NCBI GenBank assembly: GCA_045600125.1
Contig: JAZRXH010000095.1
Coordinates: forward strand, 1,445 to 65,444
Direction of reading: 5' to 3'
Length of the DNA stretch: 64,000 nucleotides
Source of the DNA: Eubacteriales bacterium
GTDB lineage: Bacteria > Bacillota > Clostridia > Oscillospirales > CAG-382
Shown here: in pieces, positions 27,370 to 36,581 of the stretch
Numbering within the stretch: the first letter of the stretch is position 1
How the letters are laid out: each line of letters opens with the position of its first letter
Made by a program: the position numbers and the translations under genes
The notes under the pieces: model-generated
Told to the model about the DNA's origin: nothing
The model's database searches: none
Seen by the model: the letters and a program-made list of their open reading frames with translations, nothing else

Positions 27370-29040
27370 ATGGAAAACAACGTACAGAAGCTCGAAGAGC
27401 TGGCAAAGGTGATATTCCCCGAGCTGACAGACGAGGACACCGTCGAAATGCTGGAAGCCAAGTTCCCGCCGAGAAATCTCCCCGAGGGAGCCAAGGTAAC
27501 GAGAATGGCGCCCAGTCCCACCGGCTCCATGCATCTCGGAAACCTCTACGGCGCTCTTGCCGACGAGCGGGTGGCACATTCCTCCGAGGGCGGCGTGTTC
27601 ATGCTCCGTATCGAGGATACCGACGATAAGAGAGAAGTCCCCGGCGCCGTGGAAAAGATTTTGAAATATCTCGGCGGCTTCGGTCTCGGCTTTGACGAGG
27701 GCGCCGTTGCCGACGGCGATATGGGCGACTACGGTCCCTACCGGCAGAGACAGAGAGCAAGGTTCTATCACATCGTGGCAAAGAAGCTCATCCTCGACGG
27801 AAGAGCATACCCCTGCTTCTGCAGTGCCGAGGAGCTTGAAGCCCAGCACAAGCTGCAGGAGGAGAGAAAAGAAAACTTCGGCTATTACGGAAAGTACGCC
27901 GTACACCGTGATATGGATATCGACGAAGCCATCGCCAAGATCAGAAACGGCGAGTCCTTCGTTCTCCGCTTCCGCTCCATGGGCGACCCCGAAAAGAAGG
28001 TCATTTTTGAGGACAGCATCAAGGGAAAACTGGAGATCCCCGAGAACGATCAGGACTTCGTGCTCCTGAAGTCCGACGGCATCCCGACCTATCACTTCGC
28101 ACACGTGGTAGACGACCACTTCATGCGCACCACCGACGTGATAAGAGGCGAGGAGTGGCTTTCCACCCTTCCGTGGCATATCGAGCTCTGGGCGGCTTCC
28201 GGTTTCAGAAGACCCCGTTTTGCGCATACCTCGCAGGTGCTCAAGTTCGACGAGGAGATCGGCTCCAAGCGCAAGATGTCCAAGAGAAAGGACCCCGAGT
28301 GCTCTCTCGAATTCTACTATACCAAGGGCTATCCGCAGGAAGCCGTTATCGAATATCTCATGACGCTCCTCAACTCCAACTTTGAAGAGTGGAGAGCCAA
28401 GAATCCCGAAGCAAGCTACCGTGATTTCAAATTCACCACCAAGAAGATGTCCGCCTCCGGCGCCCTCTTCGACGTGGTAAAGCTCAACGATATCTCCAAG
28501 AATCTCATTTCCCGCATGAGCGCCGAGGACGTATACGCCAAGGCGTCTGCATGGGCGAAGGAATACGACGAAGAATTCTACAAGCTTCTTTCCCGTGACC
28601 AAGCCTTCTCCACCGCCGTATTTGCCATCGGCAGAGGCGGCAAGAAGCCGAGAAAGGACTTTGCCTGCTGGGACGAGGTACGGAGCTTCATCTCCTACTT
28701 CTTCGATGAGACCTTCACCGTAAACGCCGGAGAGTATCCGGAGAACGTATCCGAGAGCGAGAGAAAGGAGCTCCTTCGTGCCTATGCCGAAATATATAAG
28801 TCCGAAGCGGATGCCAACGGCTGGTTCGAGACCGTGAAGGCTCTCTCGGAAAAGTTCGGTTATACCTCGGATATGAAGGCATACAAGGCGGATCCCGCCG
28901 CCTTCAAGGGCTCTGTCACCGATATCAGCACGGTCATCCGTGTGGCGATCACCGGCAGAAAGAATTCCCCCGATCTTTATACCATCTGCGATCTTCTCGG
29001 AGTGGATAGGGTAAAGGCACGCCTTGCGGCGCAGGCATAA
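27370..29040 (+). CDS. gltX: glutamate--tRNA ligase (long form, 556 aa)
   Basis: Class I signatures PSPTGSMHLGN (HIGH-like), RIEDTD and KMSKRK. Bacterial GluRS-type catalytic core with an extended C-terminus. Confidence 0.85.
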   Translation: MENNVQKLEELAKVIFPELTDEDTVEMLEAKFPPRNLPEGAKVTRMAPSPTGSMHLGNLYGALADERVAHSSEGGVFMLRIEDTDDKREVPGAVEKILKYLGGFGLGFDEGAVADGDMGDYGPYRQRQRARFYHIVAKKLILDGRAYPCFCSAEELEAQHKLQEERKENFGYYGKYAVHRDMDIDEAIAKIRNGESFVLRFRSMGDPEKKVIFEDSIKGKLEIPENDQDFVLLKSDGIPTYHFAHVVDDHFMRTTDVIRGEEWLSTLPWHIELWAASGFRRPRFAHTSQVLKFDEEIGSKRKMSKRKDPECSLEFYYTKGYPQEAVIEYLMTLLNSNFEEWRAKNPEASYRDFKFTTKKMSASGALFDVVKLNDISKNLISRMSAEDVYAKASAWAKEYDEEFYKLLSRDQAFSTAVFAIGRGGKKPRKDFACWDEVRSFISYFFDETFTVNAGEYPENVSESERKELLRAYAEIYKSEADANGWFETVKALSEKFGYTSDMKAYKADPAAFKGSVTDISTVIRVAITGRKNSPDLYTICDLLGVDRVKARLAAQA

Positions 29041-29091
29041 AAGAGCAGAAAAGAAACTACTGAAGGAACAATCGAAAGGAACAACACTGCC

Positions 29092-30768
29092 ATGTCAGAA
29101 GAAATACTGAATACCGGTTCCAACTTTATCCATGATGAGATCGACGAGGATATAAGAGAGGGTTACTGCACGAAGGTGCATACCCGGTTCCCGCCGGAGC
29201 CCAACGGCTACCTCCACATCGGAAGCGCCAAGGCCATCTGGATCAACTCCATGACCGCAAAGAAGTACGGCGGACTATTCAACCTCCGTTTTGACGATAC
29301 CAACCCCGCCCGGGAGGACGACGAATTCGTACAGTCCATCGAAGAGGATCTGCGCTGGCTCGGCGCCGAACCAACCGGCGGCATTTTCTACGGCTCGGAC
29401 TATTTCGATAAGTGCTACGAATACGCCGTAAAGCTCATCAAGGACGGCAAGGCATATGTCTGCGACCTTTCCGCTGATGAGATGCGTGAGTACAGAGGCA
29501 CCCTTACCGAGCCCGGCAAGGACAGCCCCTACCGCAACAGAAGCGTAGAGGAAAACCTCGACCTCTTCGAGAGAATGAAGAACGGCGAGTTCGAGGACGG
29601 CGCAAAGACCCTTCGTGCGAAGATCGATATGGCTTCGCCGAATATGAATATGCGTGACCCCGCCATTTACCGTATCATCCATATTAACCACCACAGACAG
29701 GGCAACAGGTGGTGCATCTATCCTCTTTATGACTTTGCGCACCCCATTCAGGACGCCACCGAGGGCATCACCCATTCCCTTTGCTCCATCGAGTTCAAAA
29801 ACCACAGACCCCTTTACGAGTGGGTCATCGACAACATCGGTGTGGACAACAAGCCCAACCCCAAGCAGCGTGAATTTGCCCGCATGAACGTGACCTATAC
29901 CGTCATGAGCAAGCGTTATCTGCGTGCGCTTGTTGAGGAAAAGCTGGTGGACGGATGGGACGACCCGAGAATGCCCACTCTTTGCGGACTTCGCCGGAGA
30001 GGCTACACGCCCAGCGCCATTTTTGAGTTCGTGAAGCGTTCCGGCATTTCAACCGCTCTTTCGCTCTGTGACATCGGTCTTCTCGAGCATTGCATAAGAG
30101 AAGAGCTGAACGGTACGGCAATGCGAAGAATGGCGGTGCTCGATCCGCTTCCCGTGGAGATCACAAACTTCGGAGACGACACCGAGTATTTCGAGGTCGT
30201 GAACAATCCAGAGCGTCCCGAGGACGGAATGCGGAAGATCCCCTTCACAAAGGAGCTTTACATCGAGAGAGGCGACTTCTCGGACAACCCTCCGCCAAAG
30301 TTCCAGCGCCTCAAGCCGGACGGCGAGGTGCGCCTGATGGGTGCCTATATCATCAAGTGCAACGAAGTCGTATACGACAAGGACGGAAACGTGGAGAAGC
30401 TGCTCTGCACCGCCGATCTTGAAACCGGGAACGGAATGCCCGCCGACGGCAGAAAGGTGAGAGGTACCGTCCACTGGGTAAGCAGTACACACAACGTGGA
30501 GGCGGACGTGAACCTTTACGAGCACCTCTTCAACATCGAGGACACCGGCGCCATCCCGGAGGACAAGACCTTCCGTGATTACCTTACGCCGGATTCCCAC
30601 AGGAAAATCCTGGGCGCAAAACTCGAGGAATCCATGAAGGACGCAAAGCTCGGCGACAAGTTCCAGTTCGTCCGCACCGGCTATTTCTGCCTCGACTCCA
30701 AGCACCCCGGCGAGTATAACCGTATCGAGACCCTCAAGGACAGCTACGGAAAGACTCTCAACAAGTAA
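29092..30768 (+). CDS. glnS: glutamine--tRNA ligase
   Basis: RFPPEPNGYLHIGSAKA, RFDDTNP and VMSKR signatures. The 558 aa length is typical of GlnRS. Confidence 0.93.
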   Translation: MSEEILNTGSNFIHDEIDEDIREGYCTKVHTRFPPEPNGYLHIGSAKAIWINSMTAKKYGGLFNLRFDDTNPAREDDEFVQSIEEDLRWLGAEPTGGIFYGSDYFDKCYEYAVKLIKDGKAYVCDLSADEMREYRGTLTEPGKDSPYRNRSVEENLDLFERMKNGEFEDGAKTLRAKIDMASPNMNMRDPAIYRIIHINHHRQGNRWCIYPLYDFAHPIQDATEGITHSLCSIEFKNHRPLYEWVIDNIGVDNKPNPKQREFARMNVTYTVMSKRYLRALVEEKLVDGWDDPRMPTLCGLRRRGYTPSAIFEFVKRSGISTALSLCDIGLLEHCIREELNGTAMRRMAVLDPLPVEITNFGDDTEYFEVVNNPERPEDGMRKIPFTKELYIERGDFSDNPPPKFQRLKPDGEVRLMGAYIIKCNEVVYDKDGNVEKLLCTADLETGNGMPADGRKVRGTVHWVSSTHNVEADVNLYEHLFNIEDTGAIPEDKTFRDYLTPDSHRKILGAKLEESMKDAKLGDKFQFVRTGYFCLDSKHPGEYNRIETLKDSYGKTLNK

Positions 30769-30795
30769 GTTCAGATAAGACTGCGTAACAAAGAC

Positions 30796-30830
30796 AGAGC
30801 GTACCGGCTTATGGTGCGCTCTTCTTTTTT
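30796..30830 (+). terminator. intrinsic terminator after glnS
   Basis: AGAGCGTACC-ggcttat-GGTGCGCTCT forms a 10-bp stem with one G-U pair, followed by TCTTTTTT. Confidence 0.8.
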
Positions 30831-30867
30831 GCGTGCTTGTGTTTTTTCGGAAATCCTTATAAACACA

Positions 30868-30897
30868 TTGACATAATGTTTCCGTTTGTGGTATAAT
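30868..30897 (+). promoter_or_regulatory. sigma-A promoter of the 815-aa glycosidase-like gene
   Basis: TTGACA-18 nt (ending TGG)-TATAAT. Confidence 0.7.
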
Positions 30898-30950
30898 CAT
30901 CAAAGCGGTACCGGAATGTTTTCGGTAAACTGAATTTTCGAGGTGAGCTT

Positions 30951-33398
30951 ATGCTGAACATAAATCCCGTGATCCCCATGCTTTCGCTCTGCGGAAATCC
31001 CACAAGGGAGAGGCTGTATGCCTTCATGAAGGGGCTTTGCGATATGGGGATAAGATCCGCCATGCTGTACGGACGGGACGGCGTGGAGAGCGGTTATCTC
31101 TGCGGACGGTGGTTTGACGTAATCGGGGACTGCCTCGGCATTGCCGAGGAGCTCGGTATGCAGCTGTGGCTGTACGATGAATTCAACTGGCCCTCCGGGC
31201 AGGCTGGCGGCAGAGTGCAGGCGGCGGGGGAGGACTATATCCTTCATAATCTGAAGATCACTTGCGAAAACGGTGTTTTCTCGGCAGAGACGGTACCCAC
31301 CGGCAGAGCGGATCTCCTTTCGCAAAAGGCGGTGGAGCTTTTTATCCGCCTTACCCACCAAGAGTATAAAAAACGCTTCGGGAAGTATTTCGGCAAGGTC
31401 TTTCTCGGCATCTTCTCGGACGAGCCCAGCTACGCCTACGGCACGGGAAACGGATTTTCGGAAGGGACTTTGCCGTACTATGACGGACTGTTTGACGATT
31501 ATCGAAATACATACGGGAGCGACTGTCTTTCCGACCTTGAAAAGCACTGTCTGTACGGCTCGGACGGAACCGCCATCGAGCATATAGTAAAGCTCTGCGG
31601 CGAAAGGTTCCGGGAGAATTACATCGGAAGGATCTCGGCGTGGTGTAAAGAGAACGGACTCCTTTTCACGGGACACATGATGTGCGACGACTCGCTCCCC
31701 GGAAACGTCGGATACAGCGGAGACCTTCTTTCCGTTCTTTCCGATATGAGCTATCCCGGCATCGACGAGATCTACTCACTGACGCCGGAGCATAATCTCT
31801 GGCTCCTTGCCGTCGCCGAATATGCCGCATCAAGAAGCGAATACGGAGCCATGTGCGAGCTTTTTGCCCTCGGTCCCTGCGATATGACGCTGTCGGAACG
31901 GGTGCGGATGGTGTATTCCGTCGCCTCCTTCGGCGTCAGCGGGTACTTTATTGCCATGTCGCACCTTGATAAGACGGGCAACCTGAAAAAAAAGGACTAT
32001 TTCAATGATTTTTCTCCCGATTCGCCCGACAGTCGTGCCATGCGCATCTTCTGCGAGGAGGCACAAAAGGCAAAAGCGATCGCCCGCAAAAAGAGGAAGG
32101 TCAAGATAAGACTCCGCTATGCCTATACCGCCATGGCAAGGATGCTTTACAGCGAAAAAGCAAATGAGGCGCACGAGCTGTATTTACGTCTCGGACAAGA
32201 CCTTTACAAGAAGCAGCATCTGTTCGGACTTCTTTCGGAGAACGAAAAGTGTGCGGATGCGGAATGCATTTTCAACCTTGATGAAAACGGATTATTTGAG
32301 GAAAATTCGGGGAAGCGCTTTACGTCCTCCGAAGAAGCCGCCGCCTTTGCCGACACAAGAGTCCGCAAAGAGGTGACCGTTTTCGACGCAGACACGGGAA
32401 AGCAATGTGAAAACGTCCTTGTGCGAAGCTTTTCGGACGGTTCGTATCTGATCCTCGACGGCAGTTCAAGAAAGAATGCTGCGGGCAGAAGGGTCATTCT
32501 GTCGACTCCTTCCGGAAAGCGGGAGGCGTTTCTTCCCGCCTTCGGCGTTCTGTACAGCGAAGAGATGCCGGAGAAGCTTCGGACGGTTTCCGAATATCCC
32601 ATACCCGGTCTTACGGCAGAGTTCCCGGAGTGCGGCTGCTTCCGTCCGATCTTCCCGATGGGAAAGAGGAGCGAGAGCTTTTATGCGGAAGCCCCGTTCT
32701 ATGCCGTACTGTCCGTGCGCACCAAAAATTCGACCTCCTGCCCCGGCTTTACCGTGGACAACACCGGGACGAGCATCGGCAGAGCGGATCATCCGACCGA
32801 GGTGTATCTTGACGGCGTTCCGGTAACCGCCGCAAGACCTTGCCGGTCGCTTCCCGACGGATTTTCGGCACTGTATGCCGACACAGCGCCGATATTCCTT
32901 TCAAAAGGAGCGCACACGGTCTCGGTCAGCGACACGAGCACCGACTTCAAGTATCTGCCCTGCGTGATCCTTTCCGGAGAGTTTATGACGGAATACGGCG
33001 AAGACGGTGCAGGGCTTACCGAAAAGAAAAAAACAGTGTCCGAGGCGCAGTGCTTCTTCGGGAAAGCGGTCTTTTCGGTGACCCTCGATATCCCGGAAAC
33101 CGATGACGTTTATTTCGTATCTCTCGATTCCCGTCTGTATACCGAGCTGAGCCTTAACGGTGAAGCGCTCGGCGGCAGGGCACTGCTTCCCGAGAGGTGG
33201 GAGATCCCGAAAAAATACAACGGGCAAAGCGTTACGCTGACCTTCAGCGCCTATTCGGACGAGTCTCCGCTTTTCGGTCCCACCGAAGAATTCGAGAAAA
33301 ACGATCCTGCTTGTGCCGGATGGTGCCGTGGGTACTGTACGCACGGCGGCGTCTTCTCTTTGGGAAAAAGGATAAGCCTCGAGAAGAGGGAAGACTGA
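30951..33398 (+). CDS. large cytoplasmic glycoside-hydrolase-like protein (family uncertain; possibly GH106/rhamnosidase-related)
   Basis: 815 aa with no signal peptide. The N-terminal segment GIRSAMLYGRDG..LCGRWFDVIGDCLGIAEELGMQLWLYDEFNWPSGQAGG resembles TIM-barrel glycosidases I recall. The CDS itself is solid; the product call is tentative. Confidence 0.55.
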   Translation: MLNINPVIPMLSLCGNPTRERLYAFMKGLCDMGIRSAMLYGRDGVESGYLCGRWFDVIGDCLGIAEELGMQLWLYDEFNWPSGQAGGRVQAAGEDYILHNLKITCENGVFSAETVPTGRADLLSQKAVELFIRLTHQEYKKRFGKYFGKVFLGIFSDEPSYAYGTGNGFSEGTLPYYDGLFDDYRNTYGSDCLSDLEKHCLYGSDGTAIEHIVKLCGERFRENYIGRISAWCKENGLLFTGHMMCDDSLPGNVGYSGDLLSVLSDMSYPGIDEIYSLTPEHNLWLLAVAEYAASRSEYGAMCELFALGPCDMTLSERVRMVYSVASFGVSGYFIAMSHLDKTGNLKKKDYFNDFSPDSPDSRAMRIFCEEAQKAKAIARKKRKVKIRLRYAYTAMARMLYSEKANEAHELYLRLGQDLYKKQHLFGLLSENEKCADAECIFNLDENGLFEENSGKRFTSSEEAAAFADTRVRKEVTVFDADTGKQCENVLVRSFSDGSYLILDGSSRKNAAGRRVILSTPSGKREAFLPAFGVLYSEEMPEKLRTVSEYPIPGLTAEFPECGCFRPIFPMGKRSESFYAEAPFYAVLSVRTKNSTSCPGFTVDNTGTSIGRADHPTEVYLDGVPVTAARPCRSLPDGFSALYADTAPIFLSKGAHTVSVSDTSTDFKYLPCVILSGEFMTEYGEDGAGLTEKKKTVSEAQCFFGKAVFSVTLDIPETDDVYFVSLDSRLYTELSLNGEALGGRALLPERWEIPKKYNGQSVTLTFSAYSDESPLFGPTEEFEKNDPACAGWCRGYCTHGGVFSLGKRISLEKRED

Positions 33399-33419
33399 AT
33401 AAAGAAGGTTTCACAAAGA

Positions 33420-33456
33420 GCCGCAGAGGTTTTCTGCGGTTCTTGCTGTTTTTTCT
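33420..33456 (+). terminator. probable intrinsic terminator
   Basis: CCGCAGA-ggttt-TCTGCGG stem followed by a T-rich tail (ttcttgctgtttttt). Confidence 0.55.
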
Positions 33457-33495
33457 GTAAAATCCGTCATTCCGCCTTTTCGGAGCTTCATATTT

Positions 33496-33513
33496 GCCGA
33501 TAATGCCGATAAT
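33496..33513 (+). repeat. tandem 9-nt repeat GCCGATAAT, two copies
   Basis: Perfect tandem copies ending 23 nt before the -35 of the CNNM promoter. Confidence 0.75.
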
Positions 33514-33536
33514 GAACGGAATTATGCGAAAACCTG

Positions 33537-33565
33537 TTGACAAGACGGAATAAGTATGGTAGAAT
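33537..33565 (+). promoter_or_regulatory. sigma-A promoter of the tandem CNNM genes
   Basis: TTGACA-17 nt (ending TGG)-TAGAAT. Confidence 0.65.
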
Positions 33566-33624
33566 ATATGCTAACATATTATAATTGTGCGATGGTTCAT
33601 CGCAATAAAGGAGATGGTTTTTGA

Positions 33625-34992
33625 ATGGACAGTAGCAGTGCCGCGATACCTTTGTTATCCATACCGTTATCCGTCGACACTTTAAAACTGACCGAAATGC
33701 TTCGGGAGAACGCCGGAGTATTCATTCTGCTTGTGATTCTGATTATGTGCAGCGCCTTCTTTTCGGGCTCCGAAACGGTGCTTACCTGCGCAAACAGGAT
33801 ACGGCTGAAAACACTTGCCGAGAACGGGGACAGAAGGGCAAAGAAGGCTCTTTCCGTTACCGAACGCTTCGACAAGGCACTGACCACGATCCTCGTGGGC
33901 AACACGCTTGTGAATATCGCCGCCGCATCCGTGGCAACGCTGTTCGCAAAAAATATGTGGGGAACGAACTCCGTCCCCGCAGTAACGGCGGTCATTACCG
34001 TTCTGGTAATCCTTTTCGGCGAGATATTGCCGAAGACGGTCGCTAAGGTAAACGCAGACCGGCTTGCACTCGGTTTTGCATCGTTCCTTGATTTCATCAT
34101 GCATTTTCTGACCCCGGTGACCATCATTTTCACGGGGATCTCCAAAGCGGCGAACAAGCTGTTCGGAGTCCGGGAGGAGGTCACGGTCACGGAGGATGAG
34201 CTGTATGACATCATCGAAACGATGGAGGAAGAGGGAAGCCTTGAAGACGATGAAAGTAAACTGATCTATTCCGCCTTCGAGTTCGGCGACGTCACCGTGA
34301 ATGACGTCTACACCGACAAGAGCGACATTCAGGCGCTGAATATCCGGGACGACAATGACACCATTGCCGCAAAGATAAGGGAAACCAAGCATTCCCGTCT
34401 TCCCGTGTACAACGGAAGCATCAACAACATCGTCGGAGTCATCGGAATCAGAACATTTCTCAGAAGCTATCTTGCAGATCCTTTGGGAACCGATCTTGCA
34501 AAGCTGATGGATAAACCGTTTTTTGTAAAGACAGACGTAAAGATTGATACCCTGCTTTCCGAAATGAGCAGTAAGAAGATCCATATGGGCATCGTCCGTG
34601 GTGAAAAGGGCGTGACTCTCGGACTTGTGACGGTGGAGGACCTTCTCGAAGAGCTCGTGGGTGAGATCTGGGACGAGGACGACAATGTGGACGAAAAGTT
34701 CCGGAAAATCGGCGGCAGCCGCTATGAGGTCAGCGCCGACCTTTCGGTGGTTTCGGTATTTGAGCTCATCGACTATGATAATTTCGACCGTGAGGAATGC
34801 GGTCACGAAACCATAGGCAAATGGCTCTCCGAAAATCTGGGTGACTTCCCGCTCCGAACCGGCGTCCGGGTTGAATACCGTGATATCATCGTTTCGGTAT
34901 CCAGGATCGCACAGGGCAAGATCAAGTCGGTCATCGTCCGCAAAAAGCCTTCCGCCGTCGTCCGTGACGAGCAGAAGGAAGACGATGAGTGA
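33625..34992 (+). CDS. CNNM/HlyC-CorC family transporter (DUF21-CBS pair-CorC_HlyC)
   Basis: DUF21 membrane region containing FFSGSETVL, a CBS pair, and a C-terminal CorC/HlyC domain. ATG 33697 is an alternative start. Confidence 0.85.
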   Translation: MDSSSAAIPLLSIPLSVDTLKLTEMLRENAGVFILLVILIMCSAFFSGSETVLTCANRIRLKTLAENGDRRAKKALSVTERFDKALTTILVGNTLVNIAAASVATLFAKNMWGTNSVPAVTAVITVLVILFGEILPKTVAKVNADRLALGFASFLDFIMHFLTPVTIIFTGISKAANKLFGVREEVTVTEDELYDIIETMEEEGSLEDDESKLIYSAFEFGDVTVNDVYTDKSDIQALNIRDDNDTIAAKIRETKHSRLPVYNGSINNIVGVIGIRTFLRSYLADPLGTDLAKLMDKPFFVKTDVKIDTLLSEMSSKKIHMGIVRGEKGVTLGLVTVEDLLEELVGEIWDEDDNVDEKFRKIGGSRYEVSADLSVVSVFELIDYDNFDREECGHETIGKWLSENLGDFPLRTGVRVEYRDIIVSVSRIAQGKIKSVIVRKKPSAVVRDEQKEDDE

Positions 34993-35028
34993 TTTGCCGA
35001 AAGCTTTATTATAGAGGTTTATTCAGAA

Positions 35029-36336
35029 ATGAGTTACATAATAGATTTTGCGGTCATGGGAGTCCTGCTTCTTTGCTACGCCTTCTTTGCGTCGAGCGAG
35101 GTCTCCTATAATTCGTCAAACAGAGTAAGACTGAAAAAGAATGCCGAGGAAGGAACGACTTCGGACAGAGTCGCCCTCGGGATATACGACAACTACAACA
35201 AAATGCTGTCGACCATCCTTGTCGGCACGAACGTTTCGAATTTTGCGCTTTCCTCTCTTGCCACGGTGGTATTTCTCGAAATACTCAGCGCTTCGGGACA
35301 CCTCGGAGAAAAGACCACGGCTCTGCTTTCCACGCTGGCGGCTACGGTCATGGTGCTGATCTTCGGCGAGATCATCCCGAAAACCATTGCAAAGAACCAC
35401 TGCGAGGGCTATGTCCGCGCCATCGCCGTTCCGCTCCGTATCGTGATCATCCTTCTTACTCCGATCACCTTTATCATAGGCGGCGTCGTAAAGCTGGTAT
35501 CGCTTCCTTTCCGTAAAAAGCTTATGGAAGATGCCGAAGAACCGTCCGTCACCGAAGACGAGCTGGTTTCCATCATCGAGACCGGCGAGGACGAAGGAAG
35601 CATCAACGAGAACCGAAGCGAGCTGATGCAGTCTGCCATCGAGTTTTCCGATACCTCCATTCAGGAGATCATCGTGCCTCGGGTGGACCTTGTTTCCTTC
35701 GATATCGACGACGATATCGACGAGATCGTCAGCATTGCAGAGACCTCGACCTTCTCCCGTATCCCGGTGTATGAGGACAGCATCGACAACATCATCGGTT
35801 TCCTCTACGTGAACCGGTTCCTCAAGGCTTTGACCGAAATGCCGAAGGAGGATATCAATATCCGTGAAATGCTCATCGAGCCATGCTTCCTGCATAAGAC
35901 CGTCAAGCTCCCCATGGCTCTCGACGAGCTTCGCAAGGAAAAGAAGCACATGGCAATCGTCATTGACGAATACGGCGGCACGCTGGGCATCGTGACCATG
36001 GAGGACATTCTGGAGGAACTGGTGGGCGACATCTGGGATGAGACCGATACCGTGGATAACGACGTCGTGCCCATCGGCAAGGACACCTTCGAGATCAGCG
36101 GCGACATGGGTATCTACGATTTTCTTGAAAGCATGGAGCTTGCCGACAACGATTTCGAAAGCGAGTACACCACCGTCGGCGGCTGGGCGATCGAAATGCT
36201 GGAGGGATTTCCTCATGAGGGCGACTCCTTCGACTACAAGAATCTTTCCGTTTCGGTGGATGAAATGGAAGAGCACCGGATCATAAGGCTCACGGTACAG
36301 AAAAAGCCCGAGCCCGAGGAAGAAGAGGAAGAATAA
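35029..36336 (+). CDS. CNNM/HlyC-CorC family transporter (second paralog)
   Basis: Same architecture as the upstream gene: FFASSEVSY, GEIIPKTIAK, a CBS pair and CorC_HlyC. Poly-Glu C-terminus. Confidence 0.85.
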   Translation: MSYIIDFAVMGVLLLCYAFFASSEVSYNSSNRVRLKKNAEEGTTSDRVALGIYDNYNKMLSTILVGTNVSNFALSSLATVVFLEILSASGHLGEKTTALLSTLAATVMVLIFGEIIPKTIAKNHCEGYVRAIAVPLRIVIILLTPITFIIGGVVKLVSLPFRKKLMEDAEEPSVTEDELVSIIETGEDEGSINENRSELMQSAIEFSDTSIQEIIVPRVDLVSFDIDDDIDEIVSIAETSTFSRIPVYEDSIDNIIGFLYVNRFLKALTEMPKEDINIREMLIEPCFLHKTVKLPMALDELRKEKKHMAIVIDEYGGTLGIVTMEDILEELVGDIWDETDTVDNDVVPIGKDTFEISGDMGIYDFLESMELADNDFESEYTTVGGWAIEMLEGFPHEGDSFDYKNLSVSVDEMEEHRIIRLTVQKKPEPEEEEEE

Positions 36337-36358
36337 GTCCGGATATTTAATTATAAGT

Positions 36359-36388
36359 GCGGCAGATACGGCGTCTGCCGCATTTTTT
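36359..36388 (+). terminator. intrinsic terminator after the second CNNM gene
   Basis: GCGGCAGA-tacggcg-TCTGCCGC followed by ATTTTTT. Confidence 0.85.
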
Positions 36389-36473
36389 CTATATCAGCCT
36401 TGGGGAAATTATGAAAATGTGTCAAAATCAGTGAGAAAACTTCGATTTGGTACCGAATTGTAGTCGAAAAACA

Positions 36474-36502
36474 TTGCCAAAAGAGAATATCTGTGTTATA
36501 AT
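36474..36502 (+). promoter_or_regulatory. sigma-A promoter of the accessory enzyme cluster
   Basis: TTGCCA-17 nt (ending TGT)-TATAAT. Confidence 0.65.
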
Positions 36503-36581
36503 AGTCAAAAGCAAATCTGTATTGCTGGAATTTCCGCAGTCGGGAACGAAGCGTTTTGAAACCTTTGAAGGAGAGCACAAG

